Assembly: GCA_010405405.1 (NCBI GenBank)
Contig: MU004234.1
Span: forward strand, 2,068,882 to 2,108,375
Source: Microthyrium microscopicum
Lineage: Eukaryota
Reading direction: 5' to 3'
Length of the DNA stretch: 39,494 nt
The notes beneath the pieces were generated by a model. It was not told the origin of the DNA, did not search any database, and saw nothing but the letters and a program-made list of their open reading frames with translations. A program made the translations under genes and the position numbers. Positions 35,823 through 39,494 of this stretch are shown one piece after another (within the stretch, counting starts at the first letter, position 1; the number at the start of each line of letters is the position of its first letter).

Positions 35823-37661
35823 CTATCCAAAACAAACCATCAAACCGGCACACAGTGCCATGGGGAATATCGCAGTAGTCAAAATCAAATCGCCCGCCGT
35901 CCTCGTTCCGGTATTCTTCTTCGCCGATTGGCTCGTCTGGCTCGCCTTGGTCCCCGTACTCGTGCTGCTCGCACCTGGTGGTGCTGGCGGTCTCGTGAAC
36001 GCTGGCGCCTTCTTTGCTGCCGCTATCGCATCTGGTAATCCCATCACGTAGAACGAGCCTGTGGTGAAGGCGTTTACGAATTGATAGCCTGTGCCGAACA
36101 TGACGAATCCGCCGTCGGCCATGATTCCTCCGTGTTGGACAGAATTTAGCGGGATTTTCTTGAGGATTGCACCGGTGGTTTTTGAGAGGGCGAGGAGGTT
36201 GCCGATGACTTTTTGGGTGCGGGAGCCGGATTGACTGACGAGGATGATGTCGTTGACAAGGCCGGGAGGTGAGTAGGCGAGTTGGTTCTCTGGAACTGGT
36301 GTCATCCATTGGAAGGCGCCGGTCTTGAGGTTGGCTGAACCGAATGCGCTGTTGTTGATGGTGGCGCCGGAGGTTTTGAGTGTCCAGTTGAGCGTGCCAT
36401 AGTTGATACCAGTGAAGTAAATGGACGCGTCGTCGACTGCGATACCGAAGGACATGCCGCCGACATTCTGCGCTTGTGCGGTATTTGTTTGCCAGGTTAC
36501 CGCACCAGTTATAGCGTTCAAGTTGAAGAGGTCGCCGCTCTTTTGACCGACTACTACGCTATCAACGCCGGTGGTACCGTCTCCTAGGGCGGCCGGGACA
36601 AAGGTAGGGGCCATGGCAAAGTCAGCGTCTGGTCCAGGGCGGCCAGGACATAGAGTTTGGTTGTTTGAGACAGGCGCGCTTGCGGTGCCGCAGGAGATGA
36701 CCCAGTTGTCAAGGGGCGATTGGCGAAACTTCCAGTTGAGTTTACCAGTCGGGATATCAAAGGCGAGGATGGACTCTTGGGAGACATCGTCGGGCATGCA
36801 GTCGGCGGTGGAGTTTACGCACTTTTCGTACTCGGCTGGGTAGATGTATGTGTTGCCAGTGCCGACGAATACTTGATTGCGGACCGGATCGATGGAGGGT
36901 TGAGCGCCCCATACGCCAGCGCCAGCCCAGCCTTGGTTGACAGGGAGGGTGTTGAAATTCCAGTTTCTGGTAAAAGCCTTCTTTGTCCGATCGAATTTGT
37001 ATGACGCAAAGTTTCCAATATAGTTGCAGCAGACAAAGTTGGGATCCAGAGTCGCCGATTCTTCTTGACTTGATGTTCCGACGAAAATGCTGCCGTTGTA
37101 AACCGTAGGACTCATGGTGACAATGGCGAGATCGTGAGAGTTTACTTGAGTGGTCGCAAGAAGTTCTCCAGAGTAGAGATCAACGGCGACAAGTAGCGCA
37201 TGACATTGGGTGCCGAAGTAGAGAACATCACCGTCTATTTGCGGACTTGTTCTTGACATGGGAAGGGCATTCTTCTGTTGTTCGGCATTGGGGATTGCGA
37301 AGTCGTAGATAATTTTTGCGACATTGATTTGCCATACATATTCGCATGTGCCGATGTTGAGAGCGTAAAAGGAGCCATTGGCGGTTGGATAGAAAGCGGT
37401 GTTGTTGAGAACGACTGTCGTCGCGCTGACTCCCAGGGGATAATCGAGCCTGCAGTTTTCTACTATTTGATCTATCGATGAAGAATTTATTTGTGTGTTT
37501 GTTCGCGCCCATCGATTGTTATAGATGTTTCCGCCCCATCCACTCCATTGGCCCTCATTGGGAGGGTGTGCAGGTGCAAGGGTGGTGTCTACTGCTGAGA
37601 CAGGTCTGAGAAGGTTGATGTAGAGAAACGCTGAAGAAAATAAGAAATTTAATATCGCCAT
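35823..37661 (-). CDS. Secreted, probably GPI-anchored quinoprotein alcohol dehydrogenase-like (PVA-dehydrogenase-like) beta-propeller protein
   Basis: ATG 37661 with signal peptide, WSGWGGNIYNNR, repeated A-x-D/N-x-x-TG-x-x-x-W blades, vicinal CC, GTGN, GPDADF, VGQKSG, Ser/Thr linker and hydrophobic C-terminus. Intronless. Confidence 0.85.
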   Translation of the reverse strand: MAILNFLFSSAFLYINLLRPVSAVDTTLAPAHPPNEGQWSGWGGNIYNNRWARTNTQINSSSIDQIVENCRLDYPLGVSATTVVLNNTAFYPTANGSFYALNIGTCEYVWQINVAKIIYDFAIPNAEQQKNALPMSRTSPQIDGDVLYFGTQCHALLVAVDLYSGELLATTQVNSHDLAIVTMSPTVYNGSIFVGTSSQEESATLDPNFVCCNYIGNFASYKFDRTKKAFTRNWNFNTLPVNQGWAGAGVWGAQPSIDPVRNQVFVGTGNTYIYPAEYEKCVNSTADCMPDDVSQESILAFDIPTGKLNWKFRQSPLDNWVISCGTASAPVSNNQTLCPGRPGPDADFAMAPTFVPAALGDGTTGVDSVVVGQKSGDLFNLNAITGAVTWQTNTAQAQNVGGMSFGIAVDDASIYFTGINYGTLNWTLKTSGATINNSAFGSANLKTGAFQWMTPVPENQLAYSPPGLVNDIILVSQSGSRTQKVIGNLLALSKTTGAILKKIPLNSVQHGGIMADGGFVMFGTGYQFVNAFTTGSFYVMGLPDAIAAAKKAPAFTRPPAPPGASSTSTGTKASQTSQSAKKNTGTRTAGDLILTTAIFPMALCAGLMVCFG

Positions 37662-38120
37662 TGTACTGTGAGCATCTCCAGTAAGCAGAACACTTCCAAG
37701 GACTAGAAATGAGAGCACTGGGGTATGAATATAGAAGAAATGAAATGCTAAAGAGAGGTAACGAAGGACTGGAGTGGAGTCACAATCTTTGGCTGGGGAT
37801 CAGAGAAGAAAAGGCAGGTCGATAAACATGCTGGTCTCTTCTGATTCTGGGGAGACTGGGAGCACGCGACGGGCGCAGAGTACAAATGAGTTCAGAGGCG
37901 TTTTGGCTTACACCAAGAAGACTTCCTAATAGGGGAAGGTGTAGATTATTTGCGTTGCTGTGCAGCCACTTGGTTGCTTTCTTGGCCGCCTTGGCTGGCA
38001 GATGCACGCTATTTTATGCTATTTTCCAGCCACCCCTGAATGCCGTTAGCATACATGACATCCAGCAAATAGAACACACAGCTATGACGGCGCATTACCG
38101 CCAACCCTGGCCACTTTAAG

Positions 38121-38155
38121 AACTTCTAAACTTCTAAACTTCTAAACTTCTAAAC
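38121..38155. repeat. (AACTTCTA)4 minisatellite at the island/AT-block junction
   Basis: Four exact 8-bp units plus AAC. Confidence 0.9.
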
Positions 38156-39494
38156 AGCTATATATAAACACGTCACTATATATTATTAAATAATTAACGC
38201 AAATACCCTTTTAGGGGCTCTTTATAAGTACTAGAGTCTTATTAATTCTTAATATAATTATCCTTAATTCTTAGTATAAAAAACTTAGTAGTAATATTAA
38301 TAATATAAAATAATATATATAGGTATAGATAAGAGTTTACTAAGTAGCTACTTAGTTAGTAAATAGAATCTATATTATATAATAAATTTACGTAAAAGAA
38401 GATACTTAAATAATATATATAAGATATAGGTTTTTATTACTAATTAAGTAATACTCTACTCTTCTTCCTTCCTCTATTTTTATCTTTCTACTTATAATTA
38501 GCTACTTTCTCTACTTATTATACTTATTCTTCTAATTAATTTAGAGCCTTATTAGCATAATATTAAAAGCCTTATTAAAGATTAAAATTATTCTAATATT
38601 TAGATTTAAGACTTTTTTAAAAATACTTATAGTATTAATATTACTATACGTATATTAAAAAGATAAATAAAGTATTAAAAGATTTAACGCTTTATAACTT
38701 TTTTATTAAAGCGCTATAAAAAGCTTAAAGAAATAATAAAATTCTTATTCTATAATAAGAATAGTAATAAAAATAAAATACTCTTTACTCTTTAAACTAT
38801 AAGATATCTAATAACTTTACGAACTCTTTAACGTTATTAGTAAAAGCTTAGTCTTAAATGTTACTATAAGTTTACATTAGATAAAGATTTTATAATAGCT
38901 TACTACTAAGATAAAGCAATAGTACTAGCTAAGCTTTATAGAGCTTATTTATTAGTATTATTATATAGCTATTAAGCTTTAGCTACTAGACTTTATAAAT
39001 ATAAATACCTAATTCTAAAGACCTAGATTAATTAAATTTAATAAGATTTAGATTCTATTAATATATAAGCTTACTAGAGACAAAAATATTAAAAATATAG
39101 TAAATATAGAACTAAAGGCTTAAATTATATTTAGTTAATTAATAGGTATAATAAACTTAAAAAAGTAAGAATTAAAATTTATAGCTATATTAATACTTAC
39201 TTATAAAATATAATCTAGTATTATATTAGTATATTAAATACTATAAGTATAAGTTATTTATATTAGTACTTAGATTAGTTAACTATTAATTTTATAATTC
39301 CTTAGTTTACATCGTAAAAAAATTATTATTAATTTGAGTTATCTAATAATACTATAACTACTTATTACTATAATACGTAGTCCTATATCTAAGTACTTAA
39401 CTTAATATCTAATTCGTTTAAAATATATAGAATAATTAAAATAAATTTACTAATTTAAGATATATTAAATAGAAATTAGAACTAAAACTACTTA
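38156..39494. mobile_element. RIP-degraded repeat / transposon relic, family not identifiable
   Basis: Very AT-rich, TpA excess, CpA/TpG depleted, some CpG retained, no ORFs. Confidence 0.75.

Noticed and set aside
1574..38120. Whole island as a Starship giant transposon
   Set aside because: No DUF3435 tyrosine-recombinase captain or typical Starship accessory gene is recognisable at either end.

Overview
Eukaryotic DNA from a filamentous ascomycete. Evidence: short GT-AG introns with CTAAC-type branch sites, and RIP-type AT-rich ends. A ~36.5 kb gene island of normal GC content (~1574-38120) lies between two blocks of heavily RIP-mutated repeat DNA. Ordinary genes: secreted SnoaL/NTF2-like protein, HsbA-like cell-wall protein, three MFS transporters, histidine acid phosphatase/phytase, SDR, GMC oxidoreductase, and a secreted PQQ-type beta-propeller. 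The unusual content is a dispersed array of stand-alone RNase HI-family genes. Three retain all catalytic residues (cores at ~2.3, ~10.2 and ~27.7 kb), and a fourth, frameshifted pseudogene at ~19.1 kb is missed by the ORF track. They are spaced ~8-9 kb apart, fall into two subfamilies, carry no reverse transcriptase, and at least two have introns. The intergenic DNA between them holds several related ~86-89 nt degenerate tRNA-like elements followed by T-runs. Exon boundaries and alignments were read by eye; no database search was run.
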